From IMG/VR virus record IMGVR_UViG_3300029554_000001: DNA of 64,000 nt, one strand, 5' to 3'. Both the position numbers and the translations under genes were made by a program. Source of the DNA: a virus. Under the pieces are notes generated by a model, which worked only from the letters and a program-made list of their open reading frames with translations, did not search any database and was not told where the DNA came from. Positions within the stretch are counted from its first letter, which is position 1; the number at the start of each line of letters is the position of its first letter. Below are positions 33,061 to 43,704 of this stretch, in pieces.

Positions 33061-33076
33061 TGCAAGATTTCTTGCA
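33061..33076. repeat. right copy of the 16-bp site TGCAAGA-TT-TCTTGCA
   Basis: Reverse complement of 26791-26806. Lies 72 nt upstream of the holin-like gene. Confidence 0.6.
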
Positions 33077-33148
33077 CGATGAAATTAGATGCTGCTGTGA
33101 GATAAATATGATAAATATTTGCTACTTGTGAAAGGAAGGAGAATAATT

Positions 33149-33490
33149 ATGGGAAAAACAAAAATTTCATTGTTTGAAAGATTTAAGCGAGCCATGGAGA
33201 AAACTCCGACCATGAAAAAGTGGGGAATTATCTCTTGGATTGCTACTATAAGCTTGACTGTGCTGTTCGTCATGTATATATTTTTTGGTCCAGTTGGTGC
33301 TGATACCACCTCTTTTGCTACCGTGGTCGGTTTGTCTTGGGGTGAGGTTGCTGTATATAATGCGTGCTATTGTTTTAAAGAGCGTGCAGAAAATAGAATG
33401 AAGATAAGTCTGGCATTTATAAATCAATTGGCAGATAAATATGGTATAGAAGCAATTACTCCTATTATTCAAAGTATTATTTAGGAGTAA
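33149..33490 (+). CDS. holin-like membrane protein
   Basis: RBS GGAAGGAG; two hydrophobic segments (WGIISWIATISLTVLFVMYIFF and FATVVGLSWGEVAVY); sits directly upstream of the endolysin. Confidence 0.55.
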
Positions 33491-33511
33491 AAATTAAAAG
33501 GAGAAAAAAGA

Positions 33512-34555
33512 ATGAAATTATTAAAATGTCTTTTTACATAGAATAGATGTTATAAAAATGGGGTGAGAATTACTCCAAAAGGGATTATGGTTCATAGTAC
33601 TGGCTGTAACAATCCTAATTTGAAAAGATATGTGCAACCCTCTATTAATGATGCTAATTATAAAACACTGATTTCATAGCTTGGTAAGAATAATGGTGGT
33701 ACAGCTTGGAATAATTCTAATGCAAATGTATGTGTACATGCGTTTATTGGTAAACTTGCTAATGGCGAAATTGCTACTGTTCAAACTTTGCCTTGGAATT
33801 ATAAAGGATGGCATTGTGGTAAGGGAAATAAAGGCAGTCGGAATTCTTCTCATATAAGCTTTGAGATTTGCGAGGACGCGCTGACAGATGCTACTTATTT
33901 TAATAAAGTATATAAAGAGGCTGTTGAGTTCGCAGCTTATCTTTGCCAGCTTTACAATTTCGACCCATTAAAAGACGGAGTAATTATTGGACATTATGAA
34001 GGACACCAAAGAGGTATCGCTTCTAATCATGCCGACCCTCGTAATTGGTTTCCTCGTTTTGGCAAGAGTATGGACATTTTTAGACAAGATGTTGCTGCTA
34101 AGATGGGTAAAAAGGTAGCTCCTACTACCCACACTAATACTGAAACTACTGTGTCTTATTCTGGTATTGTTACCGCTTCTGTTTTGAGAATTCGTAAAGG
34201 TCCTTCTGTTTCTTCTTCTATTGCTGGAACTCTTAAAAAGGGAACGGGGGTCTCTATTATTCTTGAAGATAATGGTTGGGGTAAGTTGGCTGATGGTAGT
34301 GGTTGGGTAAGTTTAACTTATATTAAAAAGAATTCCATTCCAACTAGCACATTTAAAAGTTACCGAGGTAAAATTACAGCATCTTCTGGTGTTAATATAA
34401 GAACTGGTGCTGGTACTAACTACAGTAAAAATGGAGCTTTAACTTATAATTCTGTCGTAACTATTGTTAACGAGAAAAAAGTTTCTGGTATAACTTGGGG
34501 TAAGTTAGCCGATGGTAGAGGTTGGATTAGCCTTGCTTATTTAAAAAAGATTTAA
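33512..34555 (+). CDS. endolysin: N-acetylmuramoyl-L-alanine amidase (Amidase_2/PGRP type) with two SH3b repeats
   Basis: GIMVHSTG...HISFEIC...HADP motifs and a duplicated GWGKLADGSGWVSL / TWGKLADGRGWISL. Two in-frame TAGs in the N-terminal part. Confidence 0.8.
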
Positions 34556-34569
34556 TTTACGATATAAAA

Positions 34570-34596
34570 AGAGGGAGAGTGTTTAACCCTCCCTCT
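34570..34596. terminator. bidirectional terminator hairpin
   Basis: AGAGGGAG ... CTCCCTCT between the convergent endolysin and recombinase genes. Confidence 0.6.
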
Positions 34597-34612
34597 TGCA
34601 GTTTAATTTTAT

Positions 34613-35320
34613 TCAATCTTCTTCATCAAGCTTAAGAAGTCTATCTTTATATTCTTTTTCAATGCGTTCGCGTTCTAACTTCTCTGCTTTGCGCTGATTT
34701 TTCTCTACAATACTGGGTCTAAAATACCCTCTTTTATCACAAAAACGTTTCATTGTAGAACGATTAACATGAAAAAGTTTTGCTACATCTGCGTAACAGT
34801 TGTCTTGTTCAACAATCAATGCCTTAATGGTCTCTTCGTATTGAGTTAACTTTGTACTTTCTCCTAAAGAACCTTTCGGTCTACCAAGCTTTACTCCACT
34901 TGCTTTTCTCATCGCAAGTGCTTCCTTGGTTCTCTGACTAATAAGATTACGTTCAATTTCAGCAGAAAGTCCAAAAGCAAATGCTAAGACTTTGCTCTGA
35001 ATATCATCGCCTAATACAAATCCATCTTTGATTGTTCTTACTTGACAGCCTTTTTCCATACACAAAGAAAGAATGTCCATAATCATATAAAGACTTCTAC
35101 CAAGACGAGAAATCTCAGAGCAAATAATGATATCTCCACTTTGTACCTTTTTAAGAAGTTTTCCTAACTTACGCTTTTCGGGATTCTTTGTGCCAGAAAT
35201 CGTTTCTTCAATCCAGCCATCAATTTTCATGCCGTGCTTTTCACAATATTGGTTGATTTCAAAACGCTGGTTCTCAACAGTCTGCTGGTCAGTACTTACT
35301 CGAATGTAACCAAAAGTCAT
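34613..35320 (-). CDS. small serine recombinase (resolvase/invertase family)
   Basis: YIRVSTDQQ catalytic Ser motif, ...SRLGRS..., and a C-terminal HTH (HVNRSTMKRF). 235 aa, no TAG codons. Confidence 0.85.
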   Translation of the reverse strand: MTFGYIRVSTDQQTVENQRFEINQYCEKHGMKIDGWIEETISGTKNPEKRKLGKLLKKVQSGDIIICSEISRLGRSLYMIMDILSLCMEKGCQVRTIKDGFVLGDDIQSKVLAFAFGLSAEIERNLISQRTKEALAMRKASGVKLGRPKGSLGESTKLTQYEETIKALIVEQDNCYADVAKLFHVNRSTMKRFCDKRGYFRPSIVEKNQRKAEKLERERIEKEYKDRLLKLDEED

Positions 35321-35466
35321 AATTAAAAATCTCCTTGTTTATGGTATTTTTTAATTGGATTGTAAATTGATGATACCATAGAGGGGTGAAAAATTCAACA
35401 ACTTAATAGGGAAATAATATGTCTTGTTTGTGCAGATTAATCAATTTTTTGTCGAAATTATCAATT

Positions 35467-35490
35467 GTTAATATTAATTTTAATATTAAC
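35467..35490. repeat. 24-bp palindrome G-TTAATATTAA-TT-TTAATATTAA-C
   Basis: 11-bp perfect arms around a central TT, in the divergent region upstream of the recombinase gene. A further half-site ATTAATATT follows. Confidence 0.5.
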
Positions 35491-35540
35491 ATGATTAATA
35501 TTCATTATAGAGGACATATTTTAATATAAGGAGTATAACT

Positions 35541-35996
35541 ATGGTCTATAAAATAATCGGTGATTTCAATACCGATAATTTTGAAAATATGCTTTCTAAA
35601 ATTGGAAAGTATTATAAATTTATCTATCAAGATGATAACCTCTATCTTGCTTTGGCTCAATATAAATTTAGAGATGAAGCTTATGCAACTTTAAAAAAAT
35701 CTTTAAAACCAACTCGTAATTTTATTATCAGAGAAGTCAATGAGAAAAATATTATGAATGAAAATGATTTTGTTGTTGAATGGTGTAGAGACAATTTAGT
35801 TGCAATAGAAAAACAAAGATACGAAATAGAAAAGCAACAGAAATTGAGAGATACTATGAAAGTTCTCGATAATTTCGAACATATTTTAGCTGAACAAGAA
35901 AAAGCTAAAAAGTCTGTTAAGACTACAGATATTAATAAGAAGGGAGGAAATAATATTGGATAGTCCAAAAAAAAGAGGAAGACCCAAAAAGGTTGA
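35541..35996 (+). CDS. hypothetical protein
   Basis: Track ORF 35541..35963 extends through a TAG to TGA at 35994-35996. Confidence 0.5.
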
Positions 35997-37146
35997 ATCG
36001 CCTAAAGCTGTTGTAAATGAAGAAGCTAAAATGATTACTATGACTTAGGATAAACCTGAAGAAGATGTTTCATTGAAGGCTATTCAGCAAAGATGGGCTA
36101 CTATTTTTGGTAAATACGCTTCTACTGGTTTTGACAACTTGGCTGGCGCTTGGGCTATGTCTTGGAGTCAATTAAATAATCCGTTTTTGCAGAATCAACG
36201 TATTAAACAAGTTAACGCTAAGGCTCAAAAAGTTCAATCAGAAGACCTTCAAAATGCTTTAAACAATCCAGAAAACTCTGAAATGACTTTTTAGAGAATC
36301 AGTATGTGGCTGTATTATACTAATTATGTTTACAATATTTTAGTAAAACTTAATAGAGATACTCCCTTATTTAATTATTATTATATCCCAGAGTATGTTG
36401 ACTCGAAAGATATGTCTACCGAAGCTTTTAAAAAAGAAAGTCAAAAAGTCGATAAGATTTTAAAAGCTTTTAAACCAAATTTAACTTTAAAAACTATTAC
36501 TACTCAGGTGAGTTTGGAAGGTAAATCTTCTTATTTACCTCGTACAAGCTATGATAAGAATGATGTTAATTTTTTTGTCATGCAGAAACTTAATACTGAT
36601 ATGGTTAAATTGATTGGTTTTGGTAGTAAACAGTAGTTTACTATTGCTTTTAATATGGCAATTTTCCTTCAACCAGCTTATGATGTTAGTCAGTATCCTC
36701 AATTTATTCAGGATGTCTGGAATCAAATGCTGGAAACAGGAATTGTTGTTATAGATTAGAAAACTAAGAAAAAGAGAATTTCTCCTAAAGCGAAACTTCC
36801 CGATGGTCACATCTTGGAAAGCAATGGAGAAAATTATATGTATTGGGTAAGATTGCCTCAAGATTTGTGTTATACATTCTATTTTGATGGCTCTCATCCT
36901 AATGCATTCCCTGATACAATTGGCTTGTTTGATGATTTGACAGACTTGGATGACTATAAATGGTTGCAAGCAAATTTATTAAGTAAAGGTGTTAATAGTG
37001 TTTTAACTGCTGAGGTTCCTATTACGAAGGATGCCAAGGCCCGGTCCGACTCTACTGTTATTACTCCTGATACAATTCTTGGTTATCAGGATTTCTTTGC
37101 GGAGAATATTTCAGGTAATATATTGCCTTTCTTCGCACCATTTAGT
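35956..37146 (+). CDS. portal protein, exon 1
   Basis: TTG start after GGGAGG. Track ORFs 36073, 36304 and 36814 share one frame, joined by four TAGs. Portal assignment rests on size and position. Confidence 0.6.
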
Positions 37147-38465
37147 TAAGAATTTATATGAATTATAAACGAATAGCTAACGTTCACAGTAATGTGTTCG
37201 AAAAAGCGACAAATTGAATTGCTGGGAAATCCTAAAGTTGATTCAACTACAACGTAATTATGAAATATGAATAAGCGTGAATGTTGCGAAAGCAGAAAAA
37301 ATGAATCAAATATTTACATGGTTAAATCCTAAATAAATATAAATGGGTAATCAGCCGCTAAGTTCTGAAAAAGAAAAAGTTCAACGACTATCTCTGTTAA
37401 AGAGAGTAGAACCAAGTGGTTCGAAGTGGTTTGCCCCTTTTAATTAAGGGTGAAGATATAGTCTGTGCTTTATAGAAATATAAAGAAGTTCATAAGAGAA
37501 CTGCTTAAGTGTAACGAACTTAAGTGACCAATGTTTATTAATAAATTATATTATCAAAAGACATAAAATTTTTTAAAGAAAGGAGGGATAGAATGATTCT
37601 TCACGAAGAAGTGGATATTAATATAAATAACAGAAATATTACTTATTATAAGAATAAAGGATATGATTGTAAATCTGGAGATACATTGAAAGTAAAAGAA
37701 AAAGATATCCTTCCAACAAGCCCTTTAAAAGAAGAAAGAAAATGCGATGTTTGTGGACAAAACTTCATAAGAAGAAGAGATAATAATATTGAATCTTTTA
37801 ATAGATTTGGGAAAGATGTTTGTCCTCATTGTTTTAAAACTAATAAAAATATTAAAGATATAGTTCAACAAAAGAGAGAAAAAACTTTTATAAACAACTA
37901 TGGAGTAAATAATCCTATGTTTGTTCCAGAGTTTGTTGATAAAATTGGAGATACCTTAGAAGAAAAATATGGGGCAAGGAATCCATCTCAAATAGAAGAG
38001 TTTAAAATTAAACAAGAAGAATCTATGTTGGAAAAATATGGTGCTCGTAAAGCTTTGCAAGTAAAGCAGTTTCAAGAAAAATTTATAAAAACCATAAGTG
38101 AGAATTATTCTGTGAAGACCTCTTCTCAATAGGTTGCTTGTTTTAATATGTTAAAAGAGCGTGGATATAATGTTGAATTAAATTATCCTTATTCTACTTG
38201 TTCTTTAGATATTTTAATTATTATGCCAGATGGGACAAAAATTGACTTTGAATATGATGGAAGTCATTGGCATGATGATGAATAGAAAAAAAGAGATAGA
38301 AAACGTGACGAGTTTTTAAAAGGACAGGGTTTTAAAATAATTAGAATGGAATCTAAAAGAAGTATTCCCTCTTGGGAACAAATTGAAGATGAGATAAATT
38401 ATTTAATGGAAAAACCAGAAAGAAAATTTGCTCATTTATGTATTGATAATATAAACAATTGATAG
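37147..38465 (+). mobile_element. group I intron C with a Vsr/EDxHD-like endonuclease ORF
   Basis: P1: exon TTAGT pairs with GCTAA (37176-37180) with a U-G pair. P2 has a GUAA tetraloop and the core matches introns A, B, D and E. Splicing after G38465 gives ...FAPFS-TQEFELHTLENQ... Confidence 0.8.
37593..38462 (+). CDS. intron-encoded homing endonuclease, Vsr-like/EDxHD (I-Bth0305I-like) family
   Basis: RBS AAAGGAGGG. Repeated (E)KYGxxNP modules, then LDILII...IDFEYDGSHWHDDE-TAG-KKRDRKRDEFLKGQGFKIIRME. Two in-frame TAGs. Confidence 0.6.
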
Positions 38466-39176
38466 ACACAGGAATTCGAATTACACACCTTAGAAAATCA
38501 GCCCGAAGCAATGGATATCATTTATGATAGAACTAGAGATTTAATCGCTACTTCTGGTAATTCTGCTCTTATGAGTATTACTGATAAACCTTCTATCGCT
38601 TCTGTTAAGGCTGCTCAATATATTTAGGCTGCTAGAATTGATTACCTTACCAGACAGTACGAAAGTTTCTTAAATGAAATGATTAATAAGAATTTTGATT
38701 TGAAATTCCAATGGAAAATTTCTCTTTGGGGTGATATCTTTAATATTCGCGAGGATATCAAAATTCTTAGAGAATAGGTTGTGTCTGGTTTAGAAGGTTT
38801 TATTCCTAAACTTCTGTCGGCTAATGGTATGACTGTTGATGATTATCAACAAGCTAAAGCTTACCTTAAAGCTTTAGATATTAAAGTTGAAAAAGTCTTA
38901 GACCAAGAAAATTTAATCGCTAACCCTGTTGGTAGACCAAAGTTGAACGATGATGAGATTACCAACGATAACACTGGTAACTCTTCCAATGCTGGAACTA
39001 ATGTTTCAGACATTAAGGAGTTTTCATATAATATCAAAAAGTGCCAAATTTGCGGAAAAGAACTGAATGAAGATGAAGATGTAATTTGTAACGAATGCTT
39101 GGAAGAAATGTATGAGTCTCGTATTAATGATATGAGTACTTTTACTCACATGATTCCAAAGAAAGTAAAGGATTGA
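38466..39176 (+). CDS. portal protein, exon 2
   Basis: Open frame upstream of track ORF 38781..39176, joined by two TAGs. A C-terminal CxxC...CxxC is present. Confidence 0.55.
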
Positions 39177-39180
39177 AAGT

Positions 39181-39411
39181 GTGAATTTGATTAAAACATT
39201 TAAAGAAAAAAAGTGGTGTATTAAAAAAGACCACACAAATTCTGAACCTTGTTGTAATCATAATCCTTTAGACTCTAATACCACGTTGCAAAAAAGCACG
39301 AAAAAATTAATGGTTTCTCCTGATAAATAGTTTTACATTTGTTCGCAATGTCAAAAATGTTTCGTCTTTAATACAGACGAAAAGGGAGAATTAATAATTG
39401 AGAAAGCTTGA
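39181..39411 (+). CDS. small Cys-rich protein
   Basis: GTG start, one in-frame TAG, CC...CSQCQKC. Confidence 0.35.
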
Positions 39412-39453
39412 TTGTTCCCTTTTTTCAGTCTTTCGTAAAGGAGGTCGATTAAA

Positions 39454-39714
39454 TTGGACCCTACAATTATAATTGCTATAATTTCCTTTATCGGAACTTG
39501 TGTTGGTACTATTGGTGGTATCATTACTACCAATAAATTAACCAATTATAAAATCGAGCAGTTGCAACGAAAAGTAGATGCTCACAATAATCTAATTACT
39601 CGTACCTACGAGTTGGAAAAGAATATGGGAATTGTTTTCCAGAAAATAGAGGAAAATAAATCTGATATTCAGGATATTAAAAAAGATGTCAAAGGAATTA
39701 TGGAGAAACTATAA
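39454..39714 (+). CDS. small membrane protein with a coiled-coil tail
   Basis: TTG start after AAAGGAGG; N-terminal hydrophobic helix IIIAIISFIGTCVGTIGGIITT. Confidence 0.55.
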   Translation: MDPTIIIAIISFIGTCVGTIGGIITTNKLTNYKIEQLQRKVDAHNNLITRTYELEKNMGIVFQKIEENKSDIQDIKKDVKGIMEKL

Positions 39715-39738
39715 AAAGGAAAGTGAGAGGACAATAAT

Positions 39739-40251
39739 ATGGTAAGTAATAATTATACGCCAGAGATTGTCGAAGCTTTAAATGATTTGTTGAGAAGCTT
39801 CTTTTAGATGAATTCTATTGCAGATAATATGGCTTATTCTCTTGATTGCGAATTGAACTGCCCATAGGCTAGCGAAATTTTTCATCATAAGTTCGCGCAC
39901 GTTTTTCCAAGCGATACTTTTGCTGACAAGTTAAGCGAAATAATGGTTCAAGAAGGCGTTCGTCCTATTCGTAAATCTCTTGAGGCTAATGTGGATATTT
40001 ATGATAATATCGAATTGCTGTTTAATGATGCCTACACAGAAATGGAAAGACTTAAAAAGAAGATTCTTGATGTTATTGAATTTTTAGATTACAACAAGTC
40101 ATGTAAGGTTTTTGTAATTGTTCTGGAAAATATGGCTGAAGTAGCTGGTTCTTTGCTCCATCAGTGTGATACTTGGAGACAAAAAGCTAGACTGTACAGT
40201 ACTTCACCAGAGTTGTTTGACGCTAATTTTGAAGGATTTACAAAAATCTGA
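39739..40251 (+). CDS. hypothetical protein
   Basis: The ATG at 39739 is in frame with track ORF 39943..40251 through two TAGs. Confidence 0.5.
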
Positions 40252-40273
40252 AATATATATAGGTAACTATATA

Positions 40274-40612
40274 ATGGGCTATGTTTATTTTATAACAAAT
40301 GGGGAAAATATTAAAATAGGATATACTAAAAATTCAGTTCAGAAAAGACTAAAACAATTAAATACTGGCAGTGATAAGCAATTATATATCTTAGGATATA
40401 TGAAAGGCACTATGGCTGATGAGGAAAACCTTCATTCTAAATTTTAGCAATATAAAATTAGAAATAATGGAGAATGGTTTGAGCCATCAGATGATATATT
40501 GGACTATATTAATATAGTTAACCTTGTTCCTAATTGCTACGTTCGGAAGAACGAGGCTTGGAATAACAAAGTAATGGCTATGACTTCTGTGCCATTGTCA
40601 TTTACATCATAA
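40274..40612 (+). CDS. T5orf172/MUG113 (GIY-YIG-like) domain protein
   Basis: GYVYFITNGENIKIGYTKNSVQKRLKQLNTG....LGY...E..LH.KF-TAG-...GEWFE. One in-frame TAG. Confidence 0.6.
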
Positions 40613-40634
40613 GGAGAAAGGAGGAAGAAAAATA

Positions 40635-42548
40635 TTGGATAAAAAAGTTCTGAAATTTGAACTTTCTCCGCAAAGTTTGAAAATTAAGAATGTGTTAAAA
40701 AATGACTTTATTGCTATCGACGTTTACGCGATTTCTGATGTCTACCCTAATAGAAATAATAGCTATTTCCCTGTGTCTGCTATGCAAGACGCTAAACCTA
40801 CCTTTTATAATAAACCCGCTCTTGGTGCTTTTGATACTACTCATGATGACTTTAAAGCTCATGAAATGGAATATAGATGGGATAATGAGTTACAACAAGA
40901 TTACTTTGACTTTACTAATGGTAAATGTGAAGTCCCACTTGGCGTAATTCGTGGCGAAGATTTGGTTGAAATTGTCGAACATGACGGTCAAACTTGGGTA
41001 CATTTTACTTGCGTTCTTTGGGCTAAATATGCTTATAAACAAGTTAAAAGATTGCTTAAGGATACTAAAAAGAAAATTTCTGTAGAAATAGAAGTCCTTG
41101 AAAGTCATATAGATGAAAATAAAGTCGAAGTAATAGATAGATTCATTTTTGATGGATTTACTATTCTTGGTTCTGCTGTTACTGAAGCTATCCCTAATGC
41201 ACATTTAACCATTCTTGATAAAATTAATGACGCTGTTTATCAGAAACAGGAAAAATGCTTATCTTTCGCTTATAAAGAGTTGGAAGATAATAACAATAAA
41301 GATAAAAATTCTGGCTCTGATACAGATAATAAAAATGAGGATTTCGATTCCATTATTCCTGATAACGGAATTGTTAATGAAAAAGTGGACGAAATCACGA
41401 TGGATAATGAACAAAGAGGGGAGGAACCAAAAACAATGACCTATGAAGAGAAAAGACAACTTCTCGAATCTTTTCTGAATAGCGGTCTTGATGAGAATGC
41501 TTCTCATTACAGTGTCACGGAAATTAACGACAATGTTGTTTGCTTTAGCCTTGATGATGAAAATTTTAAAGCTACTTATAGCATCAACGAAGAAAATGTC
41601 GCTAATGTTGATATGGACGCTAAAGAAAAGATTGTACTCTCTAAGGATGAAAATCCTGAAGATGAGAGTGGTAAAGAGACTGAATCCAAGGAATGTGAAT
41701 CTGAAGACGGCAAGTGCGAAGTCTGCGGTAACAACCCTTGCACTTGTGCGCATGAAGATGACGATGGTAATAAGGATGACGGTCATAAAGAGAATGAGTC
41801 TGAAGATGACAAAAATGATGATGACCACGACCATGATGATGATAATGATGATAACGACGATGATGATGGCAAAAAGGAAACCGAGGCTGAGGATAACGAT
41901 GGTGAAAAGAAAATCGAAAATTGCGAAGACCCCGCTCAGTTTGCCGCTACTGATGTAACTGTCGATGAATCTCATGCTGACCATGGACAGATTGAAGGTG
42001 AAGAGCTTGGTTCTCCTAAAGTTGATACTGATATCCTCAAAGAACATGATGATGGCAGTATTTTAGTCGGCCAACCTTCTGGTGAAAGTAATGTTATTCA
42101 GGATACCCACTATGCTGTCGGTGATGAACAACTTACTGCTGATGAACTTTATGAGAGATTCAATACTCTTAATACCTCTTTCGCTGAACTGACTGAAAAG
42201 TATAACGCTCTTAATGCTCAGTTTAACGCAAAGAAAAATGCCGAACTTTATGCTTTGGCTTGTTCTTTGGTTGATTCTGAAGAAGATTTGACTGAGGAAA
42301 ATGCTACTAATATTAAGGCATTTATGAAAGAAAATTGTGATAACAGTACTTATGCTTCCGATGAGGAACTTAATGAGGCTGTTGACCATAAAATTGCAGA
42401 TGCTCTTTATGCTCAGAAGAAACTTAGTAGAAAAGCTAAGGAGAAAGAGTTTTCTGCTGATATCGTTAAGGATAAACCTGTTGTTACTGAAGTGAACGAC
42501 AGCGCAAATAACCTTAAAAATGCAATGAAAAATCTTAATAAGATTTAA
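40635..42548 (+). CDS. scaffold-like protein with an N-terminal globular (possibly protease) domain and an extremely acidic linker
   Basis: 637 aa, located just upstream of the decoration-like and capsid genes. D/E/N/H-rich tract (DDDHDHDDDNDDNDDDDG) and a C-terminal coiled coil. Confidence 0.5.
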   Translation: MDKKVLKFELSPQSLKIKNVLKNDFIAIDVYAISDVYPNRNNSYFPVSAMQDAKPTFYNKPALGAFDTTHDDFKAHEMEYRWDNELQQDYFDFTNGKCEVPLGVIRGEDLVEIVEHDGQTWVHFTCVLWAKYAYKQVKRLLKDTKKKISVEIEVLESHIDENKVEVIDRFIFDGFTILGSAVTEAIPNAHLTILDKINDAVYQKQEKCLSFAYKELEDNNNKDKNSGSDTDNKNEDFDSIIPDNGIVNEKVDEITMDNEQRGEEPKTMTYEEKRQLLESFLNSGLDENASHYSVTEINDNVVCFSLDDENFKATYSINEENVANVDMDAKEKIVLSKDENPEDESGKETESKECESEDGKCEVCGNNPCTCAHEDDDGNKDDGHKENESEDDKNDDDHDHDDDNDDNDDDDGKKETEAEDNDGEKKIENCEDPAQFAATDVTVDESHADHGQIEGEELGSPKVDTDILKEHDDGSILVGQPSGESNVIQDTHYAVGDEQLTADELYERFNTLNTSFAELTEKYNALNAQFNAKKNAELYALACSLVDSEEDLTEENATNIKAFMKENCDNSTYASDEELNEAVDHKIADALYAQKKLSRKAKEKEFSADIVKDKPVVTEVNDSANNLKNAMKNLNKI

Positions 42549-42572
42549 TTAAAAAAGGAGGATAACTTTATT

Positions 42573-43100
42573 ATGAAATTTATTGAGAAGATTTTGATGG
42601 CTTCTGAAGATGTTAAAAGCTATCTGGTTTCTGGCGTTTGCAAAGACAAGGAACTCGCTGATGGTTCTTTGGTTGAAATTGGCGACCTCATCGACCATGA
42701 GGTTTATAAGGGTCTGAAGGATATGAATACTCGTGAGATTAAGCCTTACGCTGGTACTGGTCGTGTCGGTATCGTTGACTATGTTGGCGTTTCTAAGGGC
42801 GAAATCATGGGCGTTGTCTACAGTGAGGGTGTTAAGACTTGCGGTCTTCCTTGCCCTGCTGGTGCTCATACTCGCGTTCGTTGCCCCAAGCTTGGTGACG
42901 AGTTCTATCTCGGTGAAGATAACTTTGAGTCTGCTCCTACGGCTGGTCAGTTCGCTGTTGCTGGTTCTGATGGTCAGTGGGCTCCTGCTGCTGTTGCTGC
43001 TGCTGACAAGCTCTGTGTTAAGGTCGAGTTTGGCAAGGATAAGATTATCGGTGTCAAGAACGAGGGTAAGAAGTTCTATTGCACCGTTGTCCACGAGTAA
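42573..43100 (+). CDS. head decoration-like or other abundant capsid-associated protein
   Basis: 175 aa, no TAG, biased codon usage, located between the scaffold and the major capsid gene. Confidence 0.45.
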   Translation: MKFIEKILMASEDVKSYLVSGVCKDKELADGSLVEIGDLIDHEVYKGLKDMNTREIKPYAGTGRVGIVDYVGVSKGEIMGVVYSEGVKTCGLPCPAGAHTRVRCPKLGDEFYLGEDNFESAPTAGQFAVAGSDGQWAPAAVAAADKLCVKVEFGKDKIIGVKNEGKKFYCTVVHE

Positions 43101-43208
43101 TTTTAAATTGTTCTTGAATAATTGTTCTTGAATAACTTGAATAGTTTAAAAAAATATTGATATTTACTTTATGATTTTTATAAATTAATTAAGGAGGATT
43201 TTGTTATT

Positions 43209-43704
43209 ATGAAACAAATTTTTAGTTATAACAAATTCAACGAAGATGTCGCTGATGGTCTCGTTGAAACTTGCTATTCTTTGGCTCAGAAGTCCATTGA
43301 GGGTAAGAACAACACCCCTGAGTATATTGAAGCTAATAAGACCTTTAACCAAGAGTTTATGAAGTATTGTGTTGAGAACGCTGGCATGAAGTGGAGCGGT
43401 CTCGATATGATTAAGAATCCTATGGTCTACAAGAAGAGTAACTTCCTTGAGACTTTTGATACCATTCTTGCTGGTGCTATCACTCCTGTTGTTCCTACTG
43501 TTGCTGCGTCTGGTTATGAACAGCTTTATGATGTCACTCAGGTTGGTTTCGGTGATGTTGCTAAGTATGAAGTCGATAGCAATGAGCTCTTCATTGTGAA
43601 TAGCCTTGCTGAAGGCATTGCTCGTGGTGGTGTTCAGACTGCTTCTAACACTGAGTATACTATTTCTGCTAAGAGAGAGCAGATTTCTCTCTATGTTGAC
43701 TGGT
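43209..43704 (+). CDS. major capsid protein, exon 1
   Basis: Strong RBS AAGGAGG, biased codon usage, position after the scaffold gene. Ends ...ISLYVDW plus the first nt of a Tyr codon. Confidence 0.65.

Noticed and set aside
40702-42389. ORFs 40702..40947 +, 40890..41204 -, 41215..41439 +, 41259..42047 -, 41488..41958 + and 42063..42389 -
   Set aside because: They are off-frame or antisense to the 637-aa scaffold-like gene and are driven by its acidic repeat tract.
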